Positions 40,689 through 53,288 of a stretch of DNA of 64,000 bases are shown here, in pieces. This stretch comes from Calcarisporiella thermophila CBS 279.70 (lineage: Eukaryota > Fungi > Calcarisporiellomycota). The stretch spans positions 333,247 through 397,246 of the forward strand of contig NW_027192192.1 in the NCBI RefSeq assembly GCF_041956535.1. The letters run 5' to 3'. Positions within the stretch are counted from its first letter, which is position 1, and the number at the start of each line of letters is the position of its first letter. The position numbers and the translations under genes were made by a program. Under the pieces are notes generated by a model, which was not told the DNA's origin, searched no databases, and saw only the letters and a list, made by a program, of their open reading frames with translations.

Positions 40689-41516
40689 TTAAGAGCTGTA
40701 TTTCTCTAATATTTTCGCCAAAATCATAAAGAATATAACCCAAATCCACCACTGGCCTGCAGTGGTAGTTTCTCCAAGTTCCTTAAGACCCTGTTCGACA
40801 TAACTCTTTTCGTTCTTGTGCGTTTCGCGAGATGGCGGGTGGACCAACACTGGATTACTTTCTTTATTATTTTCTGACTTGCAAAACTCTGGGAATACCT
40901 CTGATAAAATGGAGAATCTTAGTAAATTGCTAGATCATACAGGGTGTTATAAATACCTCTAAAAATTGGGTTCTTAGAGTTGAAATCTGTTGAACATTCC
41001 GCCAAAAGCCGCTTGTCTTTATCAAGCGTTTGTATGCTCCCGGTTGTTGGTTCATCTGATAGCTATAATTTTTCTCTTAATTGTTTGAAGTATTATGAAG
41101 GGGGCTGCAACGTATTACCATAAAACTTGCTAGCGCACACGCAATCGTTGCAACATCCCAAAATGGATGCCAATCTTTTTGATGAAAACTAGAAGCCGAT
41201 AAACATATTTTTCCAGGTTCAAAACGGCCATTAGGTGTGATCATGTGAATTGACGGAGGCTTATAGGGATATTCTGCAGGGAATTCCAGCTTCCCGTGAT
41301 AGTATCCACCAGCGAACGGCGATTCAGGAATTCCTTCGAGAATAAAATGCCTGGAGAGCTATTAGCGTAGTAACACAAGGTATAGCTTGGGAATTACCAT
41401 TCAAGAAGGTTATGCTCTAAAGGCCTTAGCGTGACAAATGGGAGGGGATTTCGTTGAATACGAAGGTATTCTTTAGCTAAGCGAATGTAGGCAGGTTTGC
41501 TGCCAGCGCACTTCAT
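40689..41516 (-). CDS. UBC6: Tail-anchored ubiquitin-conjugating enzyme, Ubc6/UBE2J family, 4 exons
   Basis: NLLEW|HFILEG...GGYYHGKLEFPAEYPYKPPSIHMITPNGRF..KICLSASSFH and a C-terminal hydrophobic tail. Confidence 0.88.
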
Positions 41517-42614
41517 TTCAGATTTATAAAGGATTCGTGATTTTGGTATTTCACCATTTTTATCGTCGCTTATATATCCGAAGTGGGCTTTATTTTTTAT
41601 TTGGTCTCTGTAAACAAAATGTTACAAGTCTAAACCTGTTTCCATTGCAGTTATATTGAAAAAGAAGTGAGTTATCAATATGGCTACCAATAGCTCCTGT
41701 ATATGGATCGAAAGGTAGGAGTCGGAGTTCTATTCTTTGAAGATATGTTAGAATAGCGAAAGAATCGAAAATTTCGAACTAAAAAGATTGTATCTTTAGC
41801 TTTCATCTTTTGGAGGACTAAGAACAGACGGGGTTCAATAAATTTGAAAATCGAAAAATACAAACTTACCAAATGGTTTAGTACATGTAAAGAGTTTGGG
41901 CAGCAGCCGCTAATCATCTGGCTCAACTTACGTACTGGCCATTTTTAACCGACGATAATGACAGGCACATATAAGATTGACTACGAAGACCATACATGAT
42001 TGATAATACCGGCTGCACTAATAGAGCAACGTAGCGAGTAGACTTCGTTAAATATAACAGCATTCTTGTCCATTAATAAGTTGAGTAACCAAGAATTAGC
42101 TATTAGCAGTGAAGGAGAATATAAGGTAACATAAGAAGGAATCCAGGTTCAAATAGGTACACGTAGCAATAGTAGAATGACGCATGGAGAAAGGAGAGAG
42201 TGAACGCGTTCAATGCACTTATTCCTTGTGCTCTCACTATATATAAGCCGTCGACATACTATTCTTGCTCTGCCCAATCAAACTCTCGGGGAGCATAGAG
42301 AATGAGGGTTGGATCCTAGTGGAGGTTTTCATTTCGATTTTCAATTCAGCGAGATTTTCATCGGCTTGGAACGCAATTGCTTTTGCCTTATTCTCTATTC
42401 TCTCTTTCTGTAATTCTACTTTTTGTTTGATGCCCCATTCTTTCTTTGTCATATTTTCTAGCAAGCAGAGCTATAAAACTTTGACAAATAAAGGACTTTA
42501 TTTCTCTAAAGAGAAAAAGGGGTAGTAATGATTCTATTGCTCCATGAGTTTCCTCCTTTCATTACCTTTCAGTTTTAAATATCACTTTGTGAATTTCTCA
42601 TTGTTATCCTAATT

Positions 42615-44482
42615 ATGGTGCGTGCCCCTCACAAACTGTTACATACACCGCTACTAGAGAAGCCTTTAGATTCTGATTGCAGCGATAGACGCAAGAAAGT
42701 TGGCAAATCAAAGGAGCGAGAGGTTCGTGTTGCTGTTATTGAAGATGTGGGTAATCGATGGGATAATAGGGTAAAGAAGCGTATGGTAAGTTTCGAAGAT
42801 ATAGATAATTGTTGTAACGTATTAAATTTATTTATGAGGATGTACATTAGGTGTTCAACATTATGATAGAGGATAGTAGGCGCATCGTGGCACTCAGCCG
42901 CAATGCTCATGATCTTTTTTCACTTAATGATCAACTTCGATCCTCCAAGGGCGTTAAGATGCCTCCATCCCTCCCATCCTTTTCTGCAGAGCGCCGGCGC
43001 TCTTTCCTATTTACTTCACTTTTTCAATTCAAGCAGCAAAAGAGCAACACTGAGAAAGTGGAGGCATACATTACTTCATTACTAGCAGAGCCAGCACTTG
43101 CGAATTTAGAGTGCGTGAAGGAATTCCTAAAACCTCGCGAAAATGATTCGTGCTTCTACAAGGAAATATCTAAGTCAGCAGTGAAAGAAAGCAAGAAACG
43201 TACGAAAACGGTTGCCGATGTACCACTGAAGCGACCGCGGCGTATGGCTGCACCTCCAATAAGTGAAGTCACACTCGATGATTTTGAAATCATCAAGGTT
43301 TTAGGTAAAGGATGCATGGGTAAAGTGCTGTTCGTGCGAAAGAAGCATAGCAATCAAATGTATGCTCTCAAAGCCATTCAAAAGGAATGGGTTATCATGG
43401 AGCGCGAAATGGAGCACACAATGGCCGAAAGGAATATCCTTGCCTCCATTGCGTGCACCAAAAACCCTTTTCTCATGCAACTACATTACGCTTTCCAAAC
43501 AAATGATCAGCTCTTTTTGGTTATGGACTTCCACCCTGGAGGTGACTTGGCTTCGCAACTTGCGCAATGGTATAAGTTCGATCCAGAGCGTGCGAGGCTA
43601 TACGCCGCCGAAATTGTTCTTGGGCTAGAGGAGTTACATCGTTTGGGCGTTGTATATCGTGATCTTAAGCCAGAGAATATTCTGATTGCTCGTGATGGCC
43701 ACATTGTGCTTACCGATTATGGATTGTCGAAAAAATTCAATCAGGAGACGTTGCACATGAACATAGAGACAAGAACGAGCACCTTTTGCGGTACTGCAGA
43801 ATACTTGGCCCCGGAAGTGTTACGAGCTGAGCCATATTCATATGCCGTTGATTGGTGGAGCTTCGGTACACTTCTTTATGAGATGCTTGCTGGCTTCACA
43901 CCGTTTTGGGCGGAGACGCAACAGGAAATGTTCCAGCGTATATTGCAAGATGATATAGAATTTCCTGCAGAAGGCTTTAATGACTCTGTGCGTGATTTTA
44001 TCAAGAAATTGTTACATCGTGATCCAGCCCGTCGGCTTGGTAGTCAGGGAGTGGATGACATCAAAAATCATCCGTACTTTCATGGCCTAAATTGGAACTC
44101 GGTAATGGCAAAGCGATTTATACCACCCTTTGTCCCGTCGTTTGATGGTGATTTAGATCTTTCACATTTTGACGATGTATTCCTTGAGATGGAACCGCGA
44201 CTCTCAATTCCAAAACATGCAATAGATACCACCCATTTTCGTAAATTATTTGCCGGATACGAATTCAATGGGATGATGCATTCGGAGTCGCGGCCAAAGA
44301 AGCGAAGAGCAAGAGAGATGGAAGAAGAAAATGCGCATCTGGAGGAGAGGCCCATGAAAATCAGGCGGCAGCATGTGTATTCTGGATGGAACGGTCCTTT
44401 CCGGTTTGAGATTCCACCACAATACAACAGGACACAGCTTTCTCTACGCAGCACATCTGCGCTGTCGTCCATTCGTTGCTGA
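42615..44482 (+). CDS. AGC Ser/Thr kinase with N-terminal PX-like domain (SGK/YPK-like), 2 exons
   Basis: GKGCMGKV, YRDLKPEN, TFCGTAEYLAPE and AGC tail PPFVP...FAGYEF. Intron 42786-42850. Confidence 0.88.
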
Positions 44483-44894
44483 TCAGCATCCACAATATAG
44501 ATGTCAGGAATTAGTACATGCACTGGCATTATAGCTGGTTTAGAATAATATCGAATACCTTTTTTTGTAACAGTTAATTTTGTTATAGAAAATATTTTCC
44601 TTCATTTTCGTTGATTACACTCCTTATGAACCCCTAGTCTTTGTTTTTGTTTTTATTTTTTTACTTACCTTCATTTATTATGTCCTTCCGTTCATTTTTA
44701 ATACATTGCGTGAAAATAGCCCGAATCAAATTACTAATTTCAATCGTTGAGCATATTTATACACTCTGCTGCTTGTGTGAAATGCTCGGTTTTTCATTGG
44801 TCAAATTGTTCATTCTTTGATAGATTTCACGGAAAACAAATATACGAGTTTTATACTTATTTCATTACAATAGAATTTTAGATGCTATGATACC

Positions 44895-46556
44895 ATGACA
44901 GCTCAAATGGATGCACAGTATGAACCCCTTGAAGTCATAGGAACAGGCTCATTTGGGCTTATTCGCAAAATTCGTCGCAAGAGTGACAACAAAGTAAATT
45001 TTGTCTTTTTATAATACTTGATGCCTTTAAAATTCAAATCTCAAACTTGTCGAGCTAGATCCTTGCTCGTAAAGAGCTGTCATTCCGCCAAATGACAGAC
45101 AAAGAACGTCAACAACTCGTATCCGAGGTTAATATTTTGCGTGAGCTAAGACATCCAAATATTGTGAGGTATTATGAGCGCTTTGTGGATAAGGAACGAG
45201 GCTATATATATATCATTATGGAATACTGTGGTGGAGGAGATTTGGCGGCTGTAATAAGACGGGCAAAAAAAGAAGGGTATTTAATAGAAATTCTAAAATT
45301 TCTGAAATTGTTATTGATTTTACTTTATGATATATAGGAAATTTATCTCTGAAGATGTTATTTGGCAACTTTTTACACAAATTATTATGGCATTGCACGA
45401 GTGCCATACACCTAAGGCCGAACGCAGTATTATTTTGCATAGAGATTTGAAGCCAGATAATGTGTTCTTGGACTCGAATAATAGTGTAAAGTTGGGCGAC
45501 TTTGGACTCTCAAGAGTGCTTGGTCCGGACCGAGAATTTGCTGTTACTTATGTTGGCGTAAGTGAACAATCTTAAATATAATTCAAGATGAGCTTAACAA
45601 ACAAAATCTTCACACTTCGATAATATAGACGCCTTACTATATGTCACCTGTAATAGTTGCTACTTAGTTTTTTTTTCTTTAGCTGATAACACAAAATTTA
45701 TACTCTAAAATATTTATAGGAGCTGATTAATGAGTCCAGTTACAATACTAAATCGGACATTTGGGCATTAGGTTGTTTATTATTCGAAATGTGTGCATTA
45801 GAGTAAGTCCTTTATTGTTCTTGATTTACCTATGTCTACTAAATCTCCAAAAATAGTCCTCCGTTCAAAGCCAAAAGTCAAGCGCAGCTTGCTGCTCGTA
45901 TTAAACAGGCTTCGATTCCTCTTCTACCCCCACAGTACTCACAAGAACTAGGTCGTGTCATTAAATCAATGCTTCAGCTGAATCCTGCAAAGCGACCTGC
46001 TACATCTGACTTTTTCAAACTTGACCGTGTTCGTATTTGCGTAAGAGAAAGAGAGGTAGCAATATATCATCAGGAGTTGAAGAGAAGAGAAGAGGAAGTA
46101 AAAAAGAGAGAAGAAGATATGCGGGCGCGAGAAGAACAAGTAAGAACAAGGGAAGCTAATTTAAGAAAAAAAGAAGAAGAGGTTGCAGAAAGAGAGGCTC
46201 GAGTCTTGGAATTAGAGCAGCGAAGGGTTTTAAAAGGGCGTTCGAGATCGCTTGAGCGAGGAAGCGATAGGTCGATAAATGGAAATCATATACAATATGC
46301 TGATCCGGAAAACTCTTTGAAAATGAAGCTCAATGGAAATGCAGACCCTGTTTCTTCAGTATTACGTACTCCATTGCGTCGAAAATCGTATCTCAGCTCA
46401 TACAGCTCTAACAATCACAGCAGTTTTACAAACGGGAGGGGGACTGCGAGTATTCCTTCACGCAACGATTTGTATCCTACTGCAGAGAATCTCTACGGTG
46501 AGGAAGAAGAGCTTCCGAGTCCATTTATTATACGACATGCAATACCCAGGGTGTAG
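44895..46556 (+). CDS. nimA: NIMA/Nek2-family kinase with coiled-coil tail, 6 exons
   Basis: [44 protein letters not shown] and TYVG|TPYYMSP|E. Confidence 0.92.
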
Positions 46557-47372
46557 TTTGAAGATTAACTTAATTATATCCAGTTTTGTTTGCTATACAG
46601 ATGATTTGTTTTTTTTTCTTATTCAAATTTTCAGTTTGCATTTATCGTTTCTTGTCTTTTTATTTGTACAAAACTTACGGTCAAAATTTTTGAAAATCTT
46701 GACCGCACAAGTGAACAGTATTATAAATTCTTGCTTCAATATTATATAAGCATAGTCAATACTATTCAAATTGGTTTTATATTATTCTGTATGCTTTGTG
46801 TCACTCTCAAAGCCAATATGGCACAATCTCTGAGCAAATACCCCGTAGATATTTAGTGAGATGCATAGTTACGGTATATAAAAGGTATATGTTCCCTCCT
46901 AGAAACGCTAAAATATGACAGTAGGCGCTGACCCGACTCTAAGATGTTAGGTCGAGCTTAGTATTCCAGTGTTCTACACATATGAAAAAAAAAGAACAAT
47001 TAAGCTGTCCATTTTCCCCAATAAAAACTGTTTTAATTTAATTGTTTGTCAATAAAAATGGCCAATTCCCAATTCAAACTAAAGCAGTCCTTTCAATCGG
47101 GAATTAATAGCTGCCGCAGCTATCTCCTTAATAACATTAACTTGAGCCTCATCCCGTCTCCATCCTAGAGTGAGTAGCGTAGAAGTACGAACTCTTATTG
47201 ACATTCTTTCGTATTATTTGAAATTGGAGCTAATTAAAAAGGAAAAATAAGACCCATCTTACCAGTAAGGTAATGTTTGATATTTTATCTACTCTTCATC
47301 ATGGTCATCCTCTATTATAATACTGACCCAATGAATTACTCTCCAGAGTAATTCGCAGCAAAAGTTACTGCA

Positions 47373-48908
47373 ATGACTACGGTCCCTGTATCATCAGATT
47401 CATCTTCTCTTCCTCTAGAAGACAAGTCCTCTGTTTCTTCAAACATTTCTACCAAAATTTCATCCTCGACGGAACCACAGCAACAAATCACAGAACAGAA
47501 TACCAGTACACAAAATAAATTTCCCTCTGCTCCTGCAACATCAGCGGGGTCAAAAAAGACTCAACCGTGGATACCTCCTTCATTGAGCATTAAACCTCCA
47601 CCCGCCATCCGAACCGAAGGTCTCACTCTATCACCAACCGAATCTTCACCATCTACCCTTCGACTTCCATCATCTGCTGGTGGGGTCAAAAATCCTGCTA
47701 GTCCAGTAGGAGAAAAAAGCGAGGTAAATAATACAACTAAACAAATTGTGAGACCTGGTCAGACTTTATCACCGACTGCGGTCAATAATCCTACACGTCG
47801 GTCCGGGAGTACTACTTTCACAAACTTTCCAAACAGTAATGGAGATGGAGGGCCAACCATGATGCGATCCTTATCAGGATTTTCGCTACAAGGTGGTGAT
47901 AATACGGGAGAAGGCGTCAATATGGCACGATCGCGAAGTAGAGATTCATCTAATAATGGAGGTGATCAAGATGTTACATACCGCCGTGATGTGTATGCAT
48001 CTCTACGTGGCCCACCTAATACACGACTCCTCGGAACAAAACCTCATCCACTTCAATATTCATGGACACTTTACTATGATAGCCGTAACACGGCTAAACC
48101 TGGAGATTACGCAGCAAATCTGCATGTAATTGGTACATTTGCAACAGTTGAATCGTTTTGTGGCCACTTTAATTGGATAAAGAAGCCAAGCGCGTTAGAT
48201 AACAATGCTAACTACCATATTTTTAAGAGTAACATCAAGCCAATGTGGGAGGATCCAGCGAACGCCAATGGTGGAAAATGGGTGATCACCATGCGGAATC
48301 CGACCTTGCTAGATAGGTGCTGGCTTTGGTTGGTTTATGCATTAGTTGGCGAGGGAATGGAGCACTCAGTCGGAGAGGAGATATGTGGAGCAGTCATGTC
48401 TCGCCGTGCAAGAGGTGATCGGATCGCGGTGTGGGTACGAGACAAAGACAACGAACGAGCAATTAACGGATTGGGAAGGGAGCTTTTGCGTGTGCTTGAC
48501 TTACTGGATGAAGATGGAATTACAATGGATTTCCAAACAAACGCCGATGCCCTTCGTTCAGGGACAAGCTATAATAATCGCACGGTGCTCTCACTTGACG
48601 CACTGAAAAAAGAGGTGGCACGAGAGAGGCCATCTCAGCAGTCACATCCTCCGATGCTAAGGCGATCGGGCACCTCTCCTGATGTGCGAATTGGTCGCTC
48701 GCGTACCCCAGAGCCGCGGTCTCCGAACTCCTTGGGCAAGTCAATGACAGTTGAACCAGTACTTAACCTCGAGGATTTGCGAATGAAATTCGGCAGTATA
48801 AGAGATGGATCACGTTCGCCTGATCCGTCGCGCTCTCCGGTAACTCCAGGTGAAAATGTGATGAGTATGGAGGGGTTAATGTTAAAGTTTGGAAAAGCTG
48901 GCGTGTAA
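47373..48908 (+). CDS. eIF4E-family cap-binding protein, class II-like, with long Ser/Pro-rich extensions
   Basis: HPLQYSWTLYY, FATVESF, IKPMWEDPANANGGKW, EICGAV and RIAVW. Tyr sits at the W56-equivalent position. Confidence 0.88.
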   Translation: MTTVPVSSDSSSLPLEDKSSVSSNISTKISSSTEPQQQITEQNTSTQNKFPSAPATSAGSKKTQPWIPPSLSIKPPPAIRTEGLTLSPTESSPSTLRLPSSAGGVKNPASPVGEKSEVNNTTKQIVRPGQTLSPTAVNNPTRRSGSTTFTNFPNSNGDGGPTMMRSLSGFSLQGGDNTGEGVNMARSRSRDSSNNGGDQDVTYRRDVYASLRGPPNTRLLGTKPHPLQYSWTLYYDSRNTAKPGDYAANLHVIGTFATVESFCGHFNWIKKPSALDNNANYHIFKSNIKPMWEDPANANGGKWVITMRNPTLLDRCWLWLVYALVGEGMEHSVGEEICGAVMSRRARGDRIAVWVRDKDNERAINGLGRELLRVLDLLDEDGITMDFQTNADALRSGTSYNNRTVLSLDALKKEVARERPSQQSHPPMLRRSGTSPDVRIGRSRTPEPRSPNSLGKSMTVEPVLNLEDLRMKFGSIRDGSRSPDPSRSPVTPGENVMSMEGLMLKFGKAGV

Positions 48909-49939
48909 AGTGCAGCAATGAAAATGGAAAATACTCATGCTCTGCTAATACTGGATTCTTACATCCTTTCTCTTTTTTTTTTCTTTATCTTATATATCTG
49001 ATTCCCTCCCCTCCCCTTTGTATAAATGAGGCGTTATTCTATTGAGATTTGGATGAAATGCCGAGTACTATTCTGTTGACTTAATATACATTTCAAATAT
49101 ATTAATATTTTAGTATAAGATTTCAGATGAGAATGCATTTTACAATTGGAGCTTGCTTTTTTTTTATTTCGATGTTTAAATAATTCATAATTGTCTCTCT
49201 GATTCTTTTTAGATCATGGATGGTATTAAATATATTATAACTTTCAGGGTTTGGTGACTTGATCAAAGCGTTCTACATACACAGTATATCTCCTGTTAAA
49301 TCCATGCGCAGCCAATGCTCGACTCACTGGCCTTCACTGCTGTAATAGGTAAGCAATTCATCGTTTTGAACCTTAAGGAAACTTCCTACTTCAGCAGCAT
49401 CCTATGCAGTCTGTCGACGTCTCGCTCCAAGATAACAGGAACAACAGTGGTCGCCATCCTTCCTTTCCTCCAAGGAGTAGATGCGCGCTCACCCATCCCT
49501 CCCTTACAGACCAACCAGGTGGCAACGACACACTCGGTGCGCTCATTCGGGTCGCTCTCTGGGAAGTGATATCGAGATTTGGGTAATAGTTCAATTCGTC
49601 TTCATAGTATGTTCGATGACTACTGAAGCAATATCAGAAACCAGCACTTGGCATTTGACAAATACCAACATAACCCTAAGAAAGTATTCTATGCTTGGTA
49701 TTCAAGAACTCAATGCTCAGCTATACGTTTTATATAAATATATATAATATCTTAAGCACACGCGCGTAGTTTGAAGATGATCCTAAGCAGACGGTAGTCA
49801 AGCTGCAAAAAGCTGGGGCACCTGTTTTATACATTCATTGGTGCGGAGGGAATCATGCAGAAACAATGATTGGTCCAAAATTTTAATATTAGAAAATTTT
49901 GAAATGGAATATATATCTTAAAAAACACATAGTGAACGG

Positions 49940-50047
49940 GCTCCCGTAGCTCAGCTGGTTAGAGCGTGATGCTTATGCGGTATCGGAGTTGGATTCCTTC
50001 CAAACTGAGCCACATCAAAGTCGCGGGTTCGACTCCCGCCGGGAGCA
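49940..50047 (+). tRNA. tRNA-Ile(UAU) with a 34-nt intron (49978-50011)
   Basis: Acceptor stem GCTCCCG/CGGGAGC, anticodon stem TGATG/CATCA, TAT at 49974-49976 and a T6 terminator. Confidence 0.93.
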
Positions 50048-50309
50048 TCATTTTTTGCAGTTTAGGTGTCATGTTTTTGACCTTTCAATTAACATAATTC
50101 ACTAAATGCTAAGTTATCTTCTCTCAGAATTTTATAATCAAATGAGCATTTTTGGCATGAGCGAACCATGTTGATATCATTGGTATATTCCAAATCCAAT
50201 CTTGAGGAAAGGTCATAAAATGTATATTGAAAATATATGGAGAAAATCGATCACATATACAAAGAGTGTATCAAAAAACATTTCGTTCAAAAGGTAGTGA
50301 TGAATCAGG

Positions 50310-50850
50310 CTATATTTCACCATGTTCCGCTGGGTTTTGAAGGACGATCATAACATACTCTTTATCTATACAAAATATTGAACAGAATATAAATTAGGAA
50401 ACTATTCCACTAATTATAGCATCGAATTTCAACTGCATGCAACATTCAAAGTCGTTTTCTTACCTGGACAAACCATAATCTCATATTTACGAGTTCGAAC
50501 ACGTAAGAATGTTAAATCGTTCTATTTATGTTAATCAGCATAAATATATTGATATTCTCTGGTTTACCTTTATTCTTCTAATTACCTCAGAATCGATAGC
50601 GGCCACCGTCTCTCTTGTATGCCCAATAAGTTTGTTAACGTGTGAAGCATACTCTTTTGCCCTGTCATTTTCAAGGGTTGCTCGAACTACATGCCCATCT
50701 AGATCAGTAACAATAACAGCATAAACACCTTTTCGCGAAGAGAGCCGCTTTATGGTTTCATCAACTTCAGTCTATAAATGATATAATTAGGGGAGGAGAA
50801 ATGGAGTTGAAAAGAACAAAAAATTAGTTGTACGATTTACTTACGGACAT
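50310..50850 (-). CDS. DYNLRB: Dynein light chain roadblock/LC7, 4 exons
   Basis: MS|TEVDETIKRLSSRKGV...|NDLTFLRVRTRKYEIMVCP|DKEYVMIVLQNP. Confidence 0.93.
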
Positions 50851-51276
50851 GCTTGGAGTATAGAGTAGTTTCTTTGTGACTTGCCCAATTGCTCAGTGGA
50901 GAAAGAAAGAATCGGATCGATTGGCAGTTGAACGTCAGCATTTCTCAAGTAAAATGCGTTCCTAGTTGATTTTCCTCTTTTTTCCTTTTTTTCTTTTCAT
51001 TTTCTTGTCTAATTGCTTACCATTCCTCCTCACAGTCTTGAATTTTTCCCGAGTAATAGCTATAGTCTGCCTTTGTTTCTTTTTAAAAATATGACTCTTT
51101 TTTCGTTCTAAATCCCTTCCCTTTCCCACCGCTCTTTATTTTTAATAGCTATATTTTCGATATTCAAATCTATTAGAAGCGCTTTTATCAGATTTCACTA
51201 TATCCTTTATCTTTGTACTCTAGCCGTATCTTGTATTGTCTCTCCTTTCTTTGCTATTTTTTTTAACATTGTAGCG

Positions 51277-53033
51277 ATGGCATCTGAGCATTCCTCAACG
51301 CATTCTACTTCATATATTACACCAACAGCTTCAGCTCTATCGTCCTCTTCAGCAACTTCTTCTTCTGCTTCCCCATCCGTTATATCAGCATTATCCTCAC
51401 CTCCCTCTTTGCTATTACCTGCTGCAATATGGAGGAAACAAAAATCTAATGGTATCGGTATTATTAGAGATTTAATAAACTAAGATTGATTCTACAACTT
51501 TTCATAGCAGAATTCCCCAGATCGTTGCACTCCACTAATGAAAACACCCAAAACGGTACCGATGACGACTGTGACTCATTTTCTCCCGACGATGAGCTAG
51601 GCGATTCTTGGCGCGATGTATGTCAAAATATAAAACGCATGGACCAATTGTACGATGCCACGTTCTTTAGCTGGGTTAAATCGGAGGATAATGTGCTCAT
51701 CACATCTATGTATTTGTATCGTATCGCAAATGAGTATCCTCTTGCACGCATCGCAAATGCTCTAAAATGGCTCGTTGCTGACTGGAGACTTGACAATATA
51801 TGCCACCTAGTGCGTCACGTTACACTGGATTGGACAGGCACACTAGGCGATGTACAGAAGGCAAATTTATTAAGGCACCTAACAAAAAATTGGGCGATGC
51901 AGTATACAGCGAATATGCTAACTTCACTGCTTAGCCTATTACCGTACAACATTGATGCAGGTGATGGGAAGGCACTGGGACGTAAAGAGTATTTTTTGCG
52001 GGTTTTCGTGCGCGACTGGAACTTCTCAAAACTTAGCGAGTTCTTTATGCATTTTGGTGCACGGGCAGGTATCCCACACCGCACCAAATGTCTAATGCTT
52101 CAGGAAGCGGCACGGAGAGACAATAGTGCTTTCTCAGATAAGATAAAGAGATTGGTTCGCCATAGGCTAGATTTGGCGGATGAGTTGGCACTCACGGCTG
52201 CTGTACAGGAATCCTCCTTGTTGAAAAACCCAATCGTCGACGAAGATATTAACTCCCGGATAAATATCGCACCAAGACGACAATTGGAAGAGGTTTCTAT
52301 TGGGACGGATAGAGAACTCCACGACCGATTGAATTTGGTAGAAACGTCCTCTTCAAATTGTAATGGAAATGCTTATGGAGCGAGAATGCTTCGTTTAACC
52401 TCGTCGAGATCTCCTTCCCCTTCCCCTTCGCCTGCCTCTCCCACATCCTCTTCTTCTCCAGTTTCTTCAATGACCGGTTCCCCAGCACAGAACCCTCCTC
52501 CATCCTCACCTTCACTTGGTGCACGGCGCTCTTTCACATGCTGCCCACTCTCACCTCCTATTGGTGCAGAGGCTTCCAATGTATGCAATAGCGACACAGC
52601 CTCTATCAATTCGATAGCTTCTTGTACTCTGGCTTCCTCGTCCACCTCTTCCCCACCTACTCATGCCCCTCCGAGTAACTCCATCTCGCCCACGTCTAGA
52701 TTCTATGATTACGAGCGGCATCATCATTACTTTCACTATCACCACCACCATCATAATTACAATTACTCGTATCAGCGGCGAAATTCTCTCACTTTAGAAT
52801 TTTCAACTGCAGAAAATGGAGCTTATTGTGAAGGTAGCAATAGTATTGAAGAACTAGAGACAAGGGATAGAGATGCGAAGGATACAAGAGAAGACGAATC
52901 AATTCAGCCTACTGGCAAAAGCTTGAAAGATTCTGAAGGTGGAGCAGGGACTGGCAAGATTTATAAAGACCCTGAGAATGGAGCGGGCACTGGGAGTATG
53001 CCCGGAAGAGGGCGGGCGACCATAGGAGCTTGA
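51277..53033 (+). CDS. Hypothetical protein with a Trp-rich helical core and Ser/Pro/His-rich tail, 2 exons
   Basis: Long ORF joined to the upstream ATG exon by an intron at about 51452-51510. Confidence 0.8.
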
Positions 53034-53288
53034 CAATGTGTAATTGAGGCTTATGTAGGAGTATATCTACTAATATTTTGCTGTCTTGTGTTAATACTGT
53101 TCAATTGTTATCTTACTAGCTCTACAATCCTCCATTTATCTTTTGTGTTTCTGGTTGCTCTTTCTGGCTATTATTATTTACCATGTTAGTTCATTTTTAT
53201 TAAGATTTATAAATTCGCGCAGTCTCATCGCTTCCTAAATATTGTCATCCAAACTCAGTTATATGAACACAAAATAATAATAGAAATT

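Noticed and set aside
42237-42464. 75-aa charged ORF on the minus strand
   Set aside because: No consistent start or splice model, and no recognised domain.
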